A stretch of 38,696 nucleotides of DNA, from the sequence record SRR16203515_4851. One strand, written 5' to 3'. Positions 19,807 to 28,845 of the stretch are shown piece by piece; position 1 is the first letter of the stretch; each line of letters starts with the position of its first letter. A program made the position numbers and the translations under genes. The notes below the pieces were generated by a model. That model ran no database searches, was not told where the DNA came from, and saw nothing but the letters and a program-made list of their open reading frames with translations.

Positions 19807-20607
19807 ATGAAGTTTAAATGGATTGTGCTTTCTCTGGCTATTTATGGAATCCCCGCAGCGGCGGATACAGAGCAGAAGACTTCTTCTGAAAGTACGACTT
19901 CTGCTGTGACCGAACAAAGTGAGCCTCAAGTAACTGTTACTTATAATGATCCTCGAGATCCTATTGAAGGCTTTAACCGCACTATGTGGGATTTCAACTA
20001 CCTGTTTTTGGACAGATATTTTTATCGACCTGTCGCTCATAGTTATAATGATTACGTACCTCGCCCAGTGAAAACAGGGATCAATAACTTTGTGTTAAAT
20101 CTAGAAGAACCATCAACTCTGGTAAATAATACGTTACAGGGGAAATGGGGCTGGGCAGCGAACGCAGGCGGACGTTTTACCGTAAACAGTACGCTTGGCT
20201 TGCTTGGTGTCATAGATGTCGCTGAAATGATGGGTATGAGCCGTAAACAAGATGCATTTAACGAGGTTTTGGGTTATTACGGTGTACCAAATGGGCCTTA
20301 CTTTATGGCACCGTTTATTGGCCCTTATGTTACACGAGAACTCGCAACAGATTGGATTGATGATCTATACTTCCCTTTATCTGAGCTGACATTTTGGCAG
20401 TCAGCATTAAAATGGGGTCTGAAAAACTTGCATAATAGGGCGTCGGCAATTGATCAGGAGAGATTAGTTGACAATGCCTTGGATCCATACACTTTTGTAA
20501 AGGATGCTTATTTTCAGCATATGGATTACAAAGTATATGATGGTGACATTCCACAAAGTGACGACGATGACGAGTTACTCGATGAGTATATGCAAGAATT
20601 GGAATAG
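19807..20607 (+). CDS. mlaA: MlaA/VacJ family outer-membrane lipid asymmetry protein
   Basis: DPIEGFNRTMWDFN, RFTVNSTLGLLGVIDVA, GPYFMAPFIGP and DPYTFVKDAYFQ. ATG 19807 starts a signal peptide. Confidence 0.93.
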   Translation: MKFKWIVLSLAIYGIPAAADTEQKTSSESTTSAVTEQSEPQVTVTYNDPRDPIEGFNRTMWDFNYLFLDRYFYRPVAHSYNDYVPRPVKTGINNFVLNLEEPSTLVNNTLQGKWGWAANAGGRFTVNSTLGLLGVIDVAEMMGMSRKQDAFNEVLGYYGVPNGPYFMAPFIGPYVTRELATDWIDDLYFPLSELTFWQSALKWGLKNLHNRASAIDQERLVDNALDPYTFVKDAYFQHMDYKVYDGDIPQSDDDDELLDEYMQELE

Positions 20608-20701
20608 CATTTAACCAGCGGATTAATAACAACAACTGCTTCGCTGCAGCGTGAACTAGAACAAGGACGTGTGTTTTCGCTATTGTCATTAAAGGGCAAT
20701 T

Positions 20702-21808
20702 ATGGCGCTAACAAACTTAACTGTACTTTTTGTGGAAGACGACCCAGTCTTCCGCAAGCTTGTCACGTCTTATCTAGATAGTAGAGGGGCGAGGGTCATT
20801 GAAGCCGATAACGGTGAGCTCGGCCTCGAACTATATAAAAAGCAAAGCTTTGATGTTGTGATCGCAGACTTAAGCATGCCTAAACTTGGTGGTTTGGATA
20901 TGCTTAAGGCAATGAATCAGTTTAAACCTGGGATCCCAACAATTATTATTTCAGGTAATCAAGCGATGGCCGATGTTGTTGACGCTCTCAGGCAAGGTGC
21001 TAGCGACTACCTTGTTAAACCGGTAACAGACCTATATCTAATTGAAAATGCAATTCACGAGTGCTTAAACCATTCACTTGAAGACTCACTCAATATTGAT
21101 GAGCAAGAGTCTTTATCTTATTTAGAGCTAAACGATAACCTCGCGCTACTTGAGCAATGCAGTGAAGCCGCTAAGAGTGTTCAGCAACAACTATTCCCGC
21201 CAAGTAGTATTGAATATCCAAGTGTTATTATTGATTACAGCTTGTTTAATACTGATGAAGTAAGCGCACACTTTATCGATACTGCAATGTTAGATGATGA
21301 TCATGTGATGATGTATATGGCACATTTTGCTCCCCACGATAATCGTGCAGCATTCGCATCTGTGCTGCTTAAAAGCTTCGTCAATCATAAGCTAAAGCTA
21401 TATAGAAACGGTGTGTCCAATGTAATCACCGAGCCGTTTAACATGCTGGTTTATTTAAATGACAGAATGACTAACTCAGGATTAGGCTTGTTGGTGGACC
21501 TCACTTATGTTGTGGTTGAACTAAAACATTTTAGGGCGGCTATTGCTCAAGCTGGAAGTGAGTTTAGGTGCTATTTAAAAAATGCTGAAGGGCTATCACC
21601 TATCGCGCTCCAAGAAGCATTGCAAATTGGTATGGCACAGTGGAGCAAACCAAGCATTCACTTTAGAACCTTGGTATATGGCGATAAACTTTGTATATCA
21701 ACTCAGGTTAGTGAGCACAAACAACAGCTAATTGATGATGAATTTTATGGTTTAGTACACAAACCAAATGTAACCCCGGGTGGCTTTATTCAATTATCTT
21801 TAAGTTAG
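20702..21808 (+). CDS. Response regulator with a degenerate PP2C/SpoIIE-like output (RssB-like)
   Basis: Intact REC (VEDD, ADLSMP, ISG, LVKP), then AKSVQQQLFP linker and a PP2C-like region lacking the D-x-x-G-H-G motif. Confidence 0.75.
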   Translation: MALTNLTVLFVEDDPVFRKLVTSYLDSRGARVIEADNGELGLELYKKQSFDVVIADLSMPKLGGLDMLKAMNQFKPGIPTIIISGNQAMADVVDALRQGASDYLVKPVTDLYLIENAIHECLNHSLEDSLNIDEQESLSYLELNDNLALLEQCSEAAKSVQQQLFPPSSIEYPSVIIDYSLFNTDEVSAHFIDTAMLDDDHVMMYMAHFAPHDNRAAFASVLLKSFVNHKLKLYRNGVSNVITEPFNMLVYLNDRMTNSGLGLLVDLTYVVVELKHFRAAIAQAGSEFRCYLKNAEGLSPIALQEALQIGMAQWSKPSIHFRTLVYGDKLCISTQVSEHKQQLIDDEFYGLVHKPNVTPGGFIQLSLS

Positions 21809-21956
21809 ACACAGTTACAGGTTATTTCGATTGGTGACTTTCAAGTGTACTGCATTTTGCAAATACAGCGCTCAGGGTAACTGTTAACGGTTATAGACAG
21901 CGACTCTTGTGCACACAAACCTAAATTTATAAGTCAAAGACAGCTCGTAACCGCGT

Positions 21957-21987
21957 AATAAAAAAGCCTCGAATATACGAGGCTTTT
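21957..21987 (-). terminator. Intrinsic terminator, probably bidirectional, between convergent genes
   Basis: AAAAGCCTCG-AATATA-CGAGGCTTTT with an A-run on the left (U-tract on the minus strand) and T4 on the right. Confidence 0.85.
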
Positions 21988-22049
21988 AAGAACTATTTTG
22001 ACTCTAATGTAACTTAGTCGTGAGAGACATAGTTATTTTAGATAAGTTA

Positions 22050-23558
22050 TTAACGTCTAATTGCTTCATGTTCAGCAGTTACCGCAATTTCTTCTTCTAA
22101 TGCTTCTTCTTCAGTATGGCGAGTGCTGTCTTCAGCACCGTGCATCCAGTCTACAAGCTTATCAGCCATAAAGTACAAGATCACACCTGAGATAGCGGCT
22201 GTAATTGCGATACCAGCGAAAATAGACATTGCATTTGCAAGCTGCTCTTCTTTCGCGCCGCCATGGCCAATAAACGAACCAACAACACCGCCAATCTTGT
22301 TTGCAGCAGCAATAAATAGGAACCATGCACCCATCATTAGAGAGGCGATACGCAGTGGAGCAAGCTTAGTCACCATAGATAGACCAATAGGTGATAAACA
22401 TAGCTCACCCATTGTATGGAAGAAGTATGCACCAACTAACCACCACATGCTTGATTTAGCACTAGCGTCGCCGTCCATTTGCAGTACGGCACCAATCATG
22501 AATAGGAAACCAACAGCAAGAAGGAAAAGACCCAATGCAAACTTAACTGGAGAGTTAGGCTCATTCTTGCCTAAACGGATCCAGATAGATGCAATCACAG
22601 GAGCAAAGATAACAATAAAGATTGCGTTTAATGATTGGAAGTAAGTCGTTGGAACTTCCCAGCCACCAATCATACGATCTGTAAAGTCGTTGGTGAACAA
22701 GTTCATTAGACCACCGGCTTGCTCAAAACCAGCCCAGAAGATAATAGTGAATAGACCCATGATCATAATCACTTTAATGCGGTCGCGTTCAACTTTAGTT
22801 AGTGGTTCTTTACGTACTTGGCCAGACTCAGCCGCTTTTTGTTTTTCAAGCTTTGCAGCAGGAACTGTACCAATGTCACCAAGTAGCTTTTGAGCAAACA
22901 TGAATTGAATGATTAGCGAGATAACCATACCAACACCAGCACAGAAGAAACCTGCTTGCCAGTTGTTGATAAAGACTTCTTTACCATCAACAATTGCGTT
23001 GTGACCAAAACTTGTGTAAGCCCAAGCAACAACGAAACCAGAAAGTGCAGCACCTAAGTTGATACCCATGTAGAAGATAGTGAATGCGCCATCACGACGG
23101 TGATCACCTTCTTCATATAAGTCACCAACCATAGTAGAGATATTTGGCTTAAATAGGCCGTTACCAATAATAAGTGTGCCTAGACCGATATAAAATACCA
23201 TGGTTGCTGAACCTGGTACCCACTCGTGCGGCGCAGCTAACAGGAACTGGCCTGCTGCCATTAATGCACCACCGATGTAAATTGATTTGCGTTGACCTAA
23301 AACGTTGTCTGCTAACCAGCCACCAAATAGCGGGGTTAAATAAACAAGAGCTGTAAATGTACCATAAAGCGAAAGTGCGTCAGCTTGGGTCCAGCCTAAA
23401 CCACCACCGCCTTGGTGATTAACTTGGTCTACTAAATAAAGAACCAAGATAGCTCGCATCGCGTAATAACTAAAGCGTTCCCATAATTCTGTTGTAAACA
23501 ACAGGAACAGTCCTTTCGGATGGCCGAGCATTGTCCCCGGAGGTTTTGCTACGTTCAT
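22050..23558 (-). CDS. Proton-dependent oligopeptide transporter (POT/PTR, MFS)
   Basis: GHPKGL...ELWERFSYYAMR (ExxERF), GNGLFKPNIS, FTIFYMGINLG and GELCLSPIGLS. Confidence 0.96.
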   Translation of the reverse strand: MNVAKPPGTMLGHPKGLFLLFTTELWERFSYYAMRAILVLYLVDQVNHQGGGGLGWTQADALSLYGTFTALVYLTPLFGGWLADNVLGQRKSIYIGGALMAAGQFLLAAPHEWVPGSATMVFYIGLGTLIIGNGLFKPNISTMVGDLYEEGDHRRDGAFTIFYMGINLGAALSGFVVAWAYTSFGHNAIVDGKEVFINNWQAGFFCAGVGMVISLIIQFMFAQKLLGDIGTVPAAKLEKQKAAESGQVRKEPLTKVERDRIKVIMIMGLFTIIFWAGFEQAGGLMNLFTNDFTDRMIGGWEVPTTYFQSLNAIFIVIFAPVIASIWIRLGKNEPNSPVKFALGLFLLAVGFLFMIGAVLQMDGDASAKSSMWWLVGAYFFHTMGELCLSPIGLSMVTKLAPLRIASLMMGAWFLFIAAANKIGGVVGSFIGHGGAKEEQLANAMSIFAGIAITAAISGVILYFMADKLVDWMHGAEDSTRHTEEEALEEEIAVTAEHEAIRR

Positions 23559-23986
23559 GTTTTTCCACCTTCACTTGTGATTGCCTGCAACTGAAATTTT
23601 CGTTGCAGAAATTTATTTTCTTAAATTATTTCGGTCAAACACGATGCAATCGACTAGGAATGTAAATTTCCATGATGATTTGTAGCGTGTTTAACTGTTT
23701 TATTGTTTGCTTGTATTTTGTTTTTTCTGATCTGCCGCAAAAAATAGCGCCAAATGCGATAAAGCCTACCTTATATACCCTTTATCAGGCGATAAAGTCA
23801 ATTTTGAACGTGCAATTGGTGGGTTAGTGAGCAGTTGAACATTATGCGTACTTATACATACAGGAAATACGTTATCGCCAGCATTTTGACGCGATTCTAG
23901 TTTTAATAAATAAGTGGAGTTTGTTAATATGCCTGCCGTGGATAGGACGTCACGAACCTATATTAACTGAAGGAAGAAGCATTGGC

Positions 23987-24505
23987 ATGAAGGCATGGTA
24001 TTTGATTTATTGTAAATCTCGAGGAGAGGCTCGAGCACAGCAAAATCTGGCACTTCAGCAAATTGAAACCTATTTACCTACCTATCCTGAAGAAAAGAAG
24101 GTTAAAGGGCAAAGTGTTGTTAAGCGTGTATCCCTATTTCCTAGTTATCTTTTTGCTTACTTTGATCCCCTGATCACTAGCGTATCAAAAATCCATAATA
24201 CTCGTGGTGTAGTTAGAATTGTCGGCTGTAAAGAGCTAATGACTGCCATTGACGATAGCGTTATCCATGCGATCAAAATGCGTGAACATAAAATGCTTTC
24301 GCTAGAGTCTTCTGAGAATCCAGAAAAAGTTGTAGAGCAGGAATTTACAGTTGGAGACAAAGTACGTTTTACTGAAGGGCCATTTGTAGAGCTTGAAGGA
24401 ATATTTGGTGAACAAAATGGTGAAAAGCGCTGTTTTGTTTTGTTTGAATTAATGGGCAAACAGCAAAAAGTCGCAGTTGAACGCAGCGCGATAAAGCTGA
24501 TTTAG
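23987..24505 (+). CDS. rfaH: Transcription antitermination factor RfaH
   Basis: WYLIYCKSRGEARAQQNL, LFPSYLF, NTRGV and KOW motif GDKVRFTEGPF. ATG 23987 preferred; an ops site lies downstream. Confidence 0.93.
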   Translation: MKAWYLIYCKSRGEARAQQNLALQQIETYLPTYPEEKKVKGQSVVKRVSLFPSYLFAYFDPLITSVSKIHNTRGVVRIVGCKELMTAIDDSVIHAIKMREHKMLSLESSENPEKVVEQEFTVGDKVRFTEGPFVELEGIFGEQNGEKRCFVLFELMGKQQKVAVERSAIKLI

Positions 24506-25175
24506 TTTGTCCCATTCTTGTGAGTTGTAGCTTTGTTGTTACTGCTTTGCGGCTTTGATATCTTTTTGGGTCGCAATATAAACCTTTAGGTTACAGAGTA
24601 AGAAATTACTTGGTAGCTGTGTAGGATATTTGCCATAGGCAATCAGTTTTTGAAATATTTTATATAAAAAATATGCATTAATAATTAAAGAGTGATTGTA
24701 TTTTCATGCGCTAATTTACCTTGTATACAGTGGCTTGTTAGTGAGAGCAACCTCAGGCGTAATATAGGGTTTCTTTATTAATCACCTTTTTTACAATCAT
24801 TTTTTACTGGCTTTATTTTTAATCTGGGCTACCCGTATAGTTTGAAAAGTTCTAGGAAGTGCAGAAACTTTCAGCAGTCATAGTGCTTGGGGCGGAGGAA
24901 CTGCTGCTTAGGCACAACTTCTTATGTATAATACGGCGCGGTAGTATTTAGTGATGTTATTGCTTTGTGTGAAAATCGCCCAGCAAAAGCTATCCAATCA
25001 AAGTTAAATGAGAGCTTTTTAAATCTCAGACTATTCACGTATTGGCGACTTTGCCATCTGTGAAAGCTTGTTAGGTGTTTTTAGCTTGGAAAGCGAATTT
25101 GGAATTAAGCCATTTAGTTTATGGGCTTAATCTGATGAAAAATTAATACTCTTTTGGGAGTGTCTGCACTGCAGA

Positions 25176-25214
25176 CGGGCATTTTGGAAGCCGTAATCCA
25201 TGGGCGGTAGCGTG
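25176..25214 (+). promoter_or_regulatory. JUMPstart element with ops site
   Basis: Perfect ops GGCGGTAGCGTG at 25203-25214, preceded by TGGAAGCCGTAATCCA (variant of the TGGTAGC...GCCA arm), about 275 bp before the first polysaccharide gene. Confidence 0.92.
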
Positions 25215-25489
25215 TCTAAAAGCAAGTATCCTGATGCAGATTAGGTTGAAATATTAGAATGGGTTACGCCATTTTTGAGGCCTGTACTTTGTGCGTTTAA
25301 TGTTGGCTAGACTGCTGCGGTTAGCTAACTTCTTTGTCTCACGGACAAAATGTTATAGACAATAATACTCTTATTTTGTCAGTTGCAGCCTAATCTAGTG
25401 CTAAAACAATTTTTAAAGCATTATTTAAGAGCTACATCTTAATAATCAATATTACCTTTTTATTCTAAGTCCTTTTTCGGAGAACACCG

Positions 25490-28231
25490 GTGCTAAACAA
25501 GACTAAAAAACTCATCATAGCTGGTATGTCGGCGCTGATCTTATTGTCAGGGCAGGCAAACGCAATCGCGCCTTCCCCACAAATGATTGAGCAATTTAAA
25601 AATCTTCCTGCATCGGAGCAACAGCGCTTAGCTAAGCAATACGGCATCGATCCTTCTATGCTAGGTGGTTCATCAGCACAAGCACCGATTGAGAACCCTG
25701 AGGTTGTGCAACAGCGTGCACCAGCCTCTCAGGTTGTTGACCAGTCAGTTAATGCCAAAAATGAATTAGATTTCGGGCAAGATAGCAATAAAAATGAGTT
25801 AAAGCGCTTCGGTTATGATTTGTTCCAAGGTGAACCAACAACTTTTGCACCTGTTTCTGATGTGCCGGTCCCAAGTGAATACTTAGTTGGCCCAGGCGAC
25901 AACATTAAGGTGCAGCTTTACGGTAAAGATAATAAGGAATACGACCTTGTAATTAACCGTGAAGGTGTAATTCAATTTCCAGAGCTTGGTCCAATTTCGG
26001 TAGCCGGACTAACGTTTAGTGAAGTGCGCGACACGTTATCAAGCCGTATTACCCAACAAATGATTGGTATTGAGTCTAATATCACAATGGGCGAATTACG
26101 CTCAATCCGTATTTTTGTTGCAGGTGATGCCTATAAACCTGGCTCTTATACGGTTTCAAGCCTATCAACCATTACCCAAGCTTTGTTTGTTGCTGGTGGC
26201 GTTAATGAAATTGGTTCTTTGCGTAATATTCAAGTAAAACGTAAAGGAAAGCTTGTAGGTAGCATGGATTTATATGATTTGCTACTACGCGGTGATGCGT
26301 CAGGCGATATTAGTCTTCGTTCAGGTGATGTGGTTTTCATTCCTTCTGTTGGCGGTTTAGTTAGCGTTACGGGTGAAGTACGTCGCCCTGCTGTATATGA
26401 GTTAAAGCAAAATGAAACAATGGCTCAGGTTATTGAAATGGCAGCAGGCATTAAGCCAGGTGCTTACCCAAGACAAAGCAGTGTTGAGCGTTTTAACGAC
26501 AATAGCTTAAAGTCTATTTTGAATGTTGACTTAACAACTAAAGCAGGCAGAGCGACTAAAGCACTTGCTGGTGATGTTATTCAAGTTAAGAGCGCAACAA
26601 CACAATATGAAGATGCTATTACCGTAGTTGGTGCTGCTGTTCGTCCAGGTAAATATCAATGGTACCAAGGACAAAAGATTAGCGATTTGGTGCCATCTAT
26701 TTGGGGCGATTTAAATGTATCAGTTGATCTTGAGTATGCGATTGTTGTTCGTGAAATAAACAAACAAGGTGATATACAGGTTTACCAGTTCTCGCCAGTA
26801 AAAGCCATTAACAGTAAAGAAGCTTCACAAAACTTAACGCTTCAAGCTCGCGATAAAGTGATTTTCTTTAACTTTAGCGATTTGACGCAAAACCGCTATG
26901 AGCTAAACAAGTTGGTTAAGCAACGTGTAGAGAAAGTACAATCTTTAGCTGGCAATTCGTTAATCGGTAACGATTTATTCGAAGCGGGATTCTCACAACT
27001 AAGTCAGCAAAAATTTGCTGAACGTTCTGAGTTAGGTGGTATAGCAATTAATAGTAAGGTTCAAGATACTGATCCTGTAGCTAAGGCTGTTAAGGGCGAA
27101 GTCAACAAAATGTTGATAAACCTTTTTGAAGATCGCGCGCTGATTGAGTTAAGTGGGGTGATGAATCGAGGTGAACTGCTTTACCCAATTATCATGAAGC
27201 TCAATAGCCAAGGTAGAGTCGGCGCTGGTGTTCAAGCGGTTGCTATTAACGGTCGAGTTAATAACCCTGGCATTTATCCGTTAACAGTTAATGCTCGCAT
27301 CAAAGATTTAGTTGTAGCTGCTGGCGGGCTAGAAGAAGGCGCTTATACAACTCGCGCTGAATTAACAAGCACTTATACCACGGTTGATGGTTCAGCGATA
27401 AAACACACTAACATTGGTCTAGAAGCTGCATTAAATGGTGATGAGACGCAAAACATCGTTATTAAAGGCCGCGATATTTTAACCGTGATGACTACACCAG
27501 ACTGGCAAGAGAACAAGTCGGTTGAAATTCGCGGTGAAGTGAAATTCCCTGGTACGTATAACATCCGCCGTGGTGAGACGTTAGCTGATGTATTACAGCG
27601 TGCAGGTGGATTCACTGAATATGCCTATTTACCATCATCTGTATTTGTGCGTGAATCAGTGCGTCAGCAAGAGCAGTTAGAGATTAAGAAGCTTGCTGAT
27701 CAACTGCGCCGTGATATTGCAACACGTGGTGTTTCTAAAGACGGTAATGTAGTTAATTACTCAGACGCACAAATGATGCTTACCGATCTAGAAACGATCA
27801 AAGCAGTTGGCCGTTTAGTTGTCGATTTATCAGCAATATCTGTTGGAATTAAGCAAGCAGACCTGCAGTTAGAAGATCAAGATGTTCTATATATTCCATC
27901 TACTAAGCAAACCATTGCCGTAATGGGTGAAGTTCAGCATGCGGCAACTCATCGCTTTAAAGAAGGCCAAACTGTTGACCAATACTTAGCAATGTCTGGT
28001 GGTGCTAGAGAACGAGCTGATGATGATAGAACTTATGTTATTAAAGCTGATGGTTCAGTGATGCTGCCAAGTCGTTCAGTTTGGTTCAGTAGCGAAACCA
28101 GCTTACAACCAGGTGATACCATCATTGTGCCGCTTGATACAGAGTACAAAGATAACCTAACGCTTTGGACGCAAGTAACAAGCATCATCTACAACACAGC
28201 AGTCGCATTCGCCACAGTTGCAAACTTATAA
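25490..28231 (+). CDS. Polysaccharide export protein with Poly_export and multiple SLBB domains (OtnA/WbfF/KpsD-like)
   Basis: Signal peptide, LKRFGYDLF, PSEYLVGPGD, repeated GEVxxPGxY...AGG SLBB units and LQPGDTIIVP. GTG start after GGAG. Confidence 0.92.
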   Translation: MLNKTKKLIIAGMSALILLSGQANAIAPSPQMIEQFKNLPASEQQRLAKQYGIDPSMLGGSSAQAPIENPEVVQQRAPASQVVDQSVNAKNELDFGQDSNKNELKRFGYDLFQGEPTTFAPVSDVPVPSEYLVGPGDNIKVQLYGKDNKEYDLVINREGVIQFPELGPISVAGLTFSEVRDTLSSRITQQMIGIESNITMGELRSIRIFVAGDAYKPGSYTVSSLSTITQALFVAGGVNEIGSLRNIQVKRKGKLVGSMDLYDLLLRGDASGDISLRSGDVVFIPSVGGLVSVTGEVRRPAVYELKQNETMAQVIEMAAGIKPGAYPRQSSVERFNDNSLKSILNVDLTTKAGRATKALAGDVIQVKSATTQYEDAITVVGAAVRPGKYQWYQGQKISDLVPSIWGDLNVSVDLEYAIVVREINKQGDIQVYQFSPVKAINSKEASQNLTLQARDKVIFFNFSDLTQNRYELNKLVKQRVEKVQSLAGNSLIGNDLFEAGFSQLSQQKFAERSELGGIAINSKVQDTDPVAKAVKGEVNKMLINLFEDRALIELSGVMNRGELLYPIIMKLNSQGRVGAGVQAVAINGRVNNPGIYPLTVNARIKDLVVAAGGLEEGAYTTRAELTSTYTTVDGSAIKHTNIGLEAALNGDETQNIVIKGRDILTVMTTPDWQENKSVEIRGEVKFPGTYNIRRGETLADVLQRAGGFTEYAYLPSSVFVRESVRQQEQLEIKKLADQLRRDIATRGVSKDGNVVNYSDAQMMLTDLETIKAVGRLVVDLSAISVGIKQADLQLEDQDVLYIPSTKQTIAVMGEVQHAATHRFKEGQTVDQYLAMSGGARERADDDRTYVIKADGSVMLPSRSVWFSSETSLQPGDTIIVPLDTEYKDNLTLWTQVTSIIYNTAVAFATVANL

Positions 28232-28244
28232 AGCTAAGATGAAC

Positions 28245-28363
28245 GCCACAAGTGGCTACGGAACGGACTGCGTCCTCACGGATAACGGAACGCTACGCTT
28301 ACTGACAGCTGTTTACCGTCAGCGAAGCGTTCCGTCTTCTATAAACGTAGCGTTTGCTTCCCT
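28245..28363. repeat. Inverted/direct repeat cluster upstream of the four-helix-bundle gene
   Basis: ACGGAACGCTACGCT (28285-28299) is the 14/15 reverse complement of 28321-28335. AACGCTACG also complements 28346-28354. Mini-hairpins GCCAC-AA-GTGGC and GGAC-TGC-GTCC; ACGGAACG at 28258 and 28285. Confidence 0.85.
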
Positions 28364-28378
28364 CAACCAAGGATGGTT

Positions 28379-28732
28379 ATGAAGTTTCAAAAGCTCGAAG
28401 TGTGGCAGTTAAGCTATCAACTCTCATGCTCAATATACATAGAGACTAAAGAATTGCGAGATTGGGGATTCAAAGACCAAATTACTCGCTCAGGTCTTTC
28501 TGTACCTTCAAACATAGCTGAGGGAATTGAACGTCAGGGAGCAAAAGAGCAAGTACAGTTTTTATATATTGCTAAAGCATCGCTAGCCGAAGTTATGACA
28601 CAGGCCATGATAGGTAAAGATATAGGTTACCTAGAAGCTGGGTTTGTAGATGAGCTACTGACAAAATCTGAGAGAGTATCGGCAATGCTTGCTGGTTTGA
28701 TTAAAAGCATAAAAGCCCGCAATAACGTATAG
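28379..28732 (+). CDS. Four helix bundle protein (23S rRNA IVS-protein-like, TIGR02436-type family)
   Basis: FQKLEVWQLS, KDQITRSGLSVPSNIAEG and FLYIAKASLAEV signature. ATG 28379 after AAGGA; alternative start at 28373. Confidence 0.93.
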   Translation: MKFQKLEVWQLSYQLSCSIYIETKELRDWGFKDQITRSGLSVPSNIAEGIERQGAKEQVQFLYIAKASLAEVMTQAMIGKDIGYLEAGFVDELLTKSERVSAMLAGLIKSIKARNNV

Positions 28733-28812
28733 GGAAGCGTTAGCTTTGGCTTTAAGCTCTTACCGTAAGCAAAGCGTTCTGTAAGAGAGCATGCGAGCGT
28801 TCCGTCAACCGT
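28731..28812. repeat. Repeat cluster downstream of the four-helix-bundle gene
   Basis: TTACCGTAAGCAAAGCGTTCTGT (28760-28782) matches 28313-28335 at 20/23. AGCGTTCCGTC recurs at 28796-28806. AGGGAAGC (28731-28738) is the reverse complement of 28356-28363. Confidence 0.85.
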
Positions 28813-28845
28813 ATTCGAAAACTTAAACAATGAGATAAGTTTTAA

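Noticed and set aside
28379-28732. 23S rRNA intervening sequence or diversity-generating retroelement
   Set aside because: No rRNA sequence, reverse transcriptase or TR/VR pair in the window; only the protein family is shared.
28245-28812. CRISPR array or integron attC cassette
   Set aside because: Repeats are few, degenerate and irregularly spaced. I saw no cas or integrase gene and no clear RYYYAAC...GTTRRRY attC boundaries.
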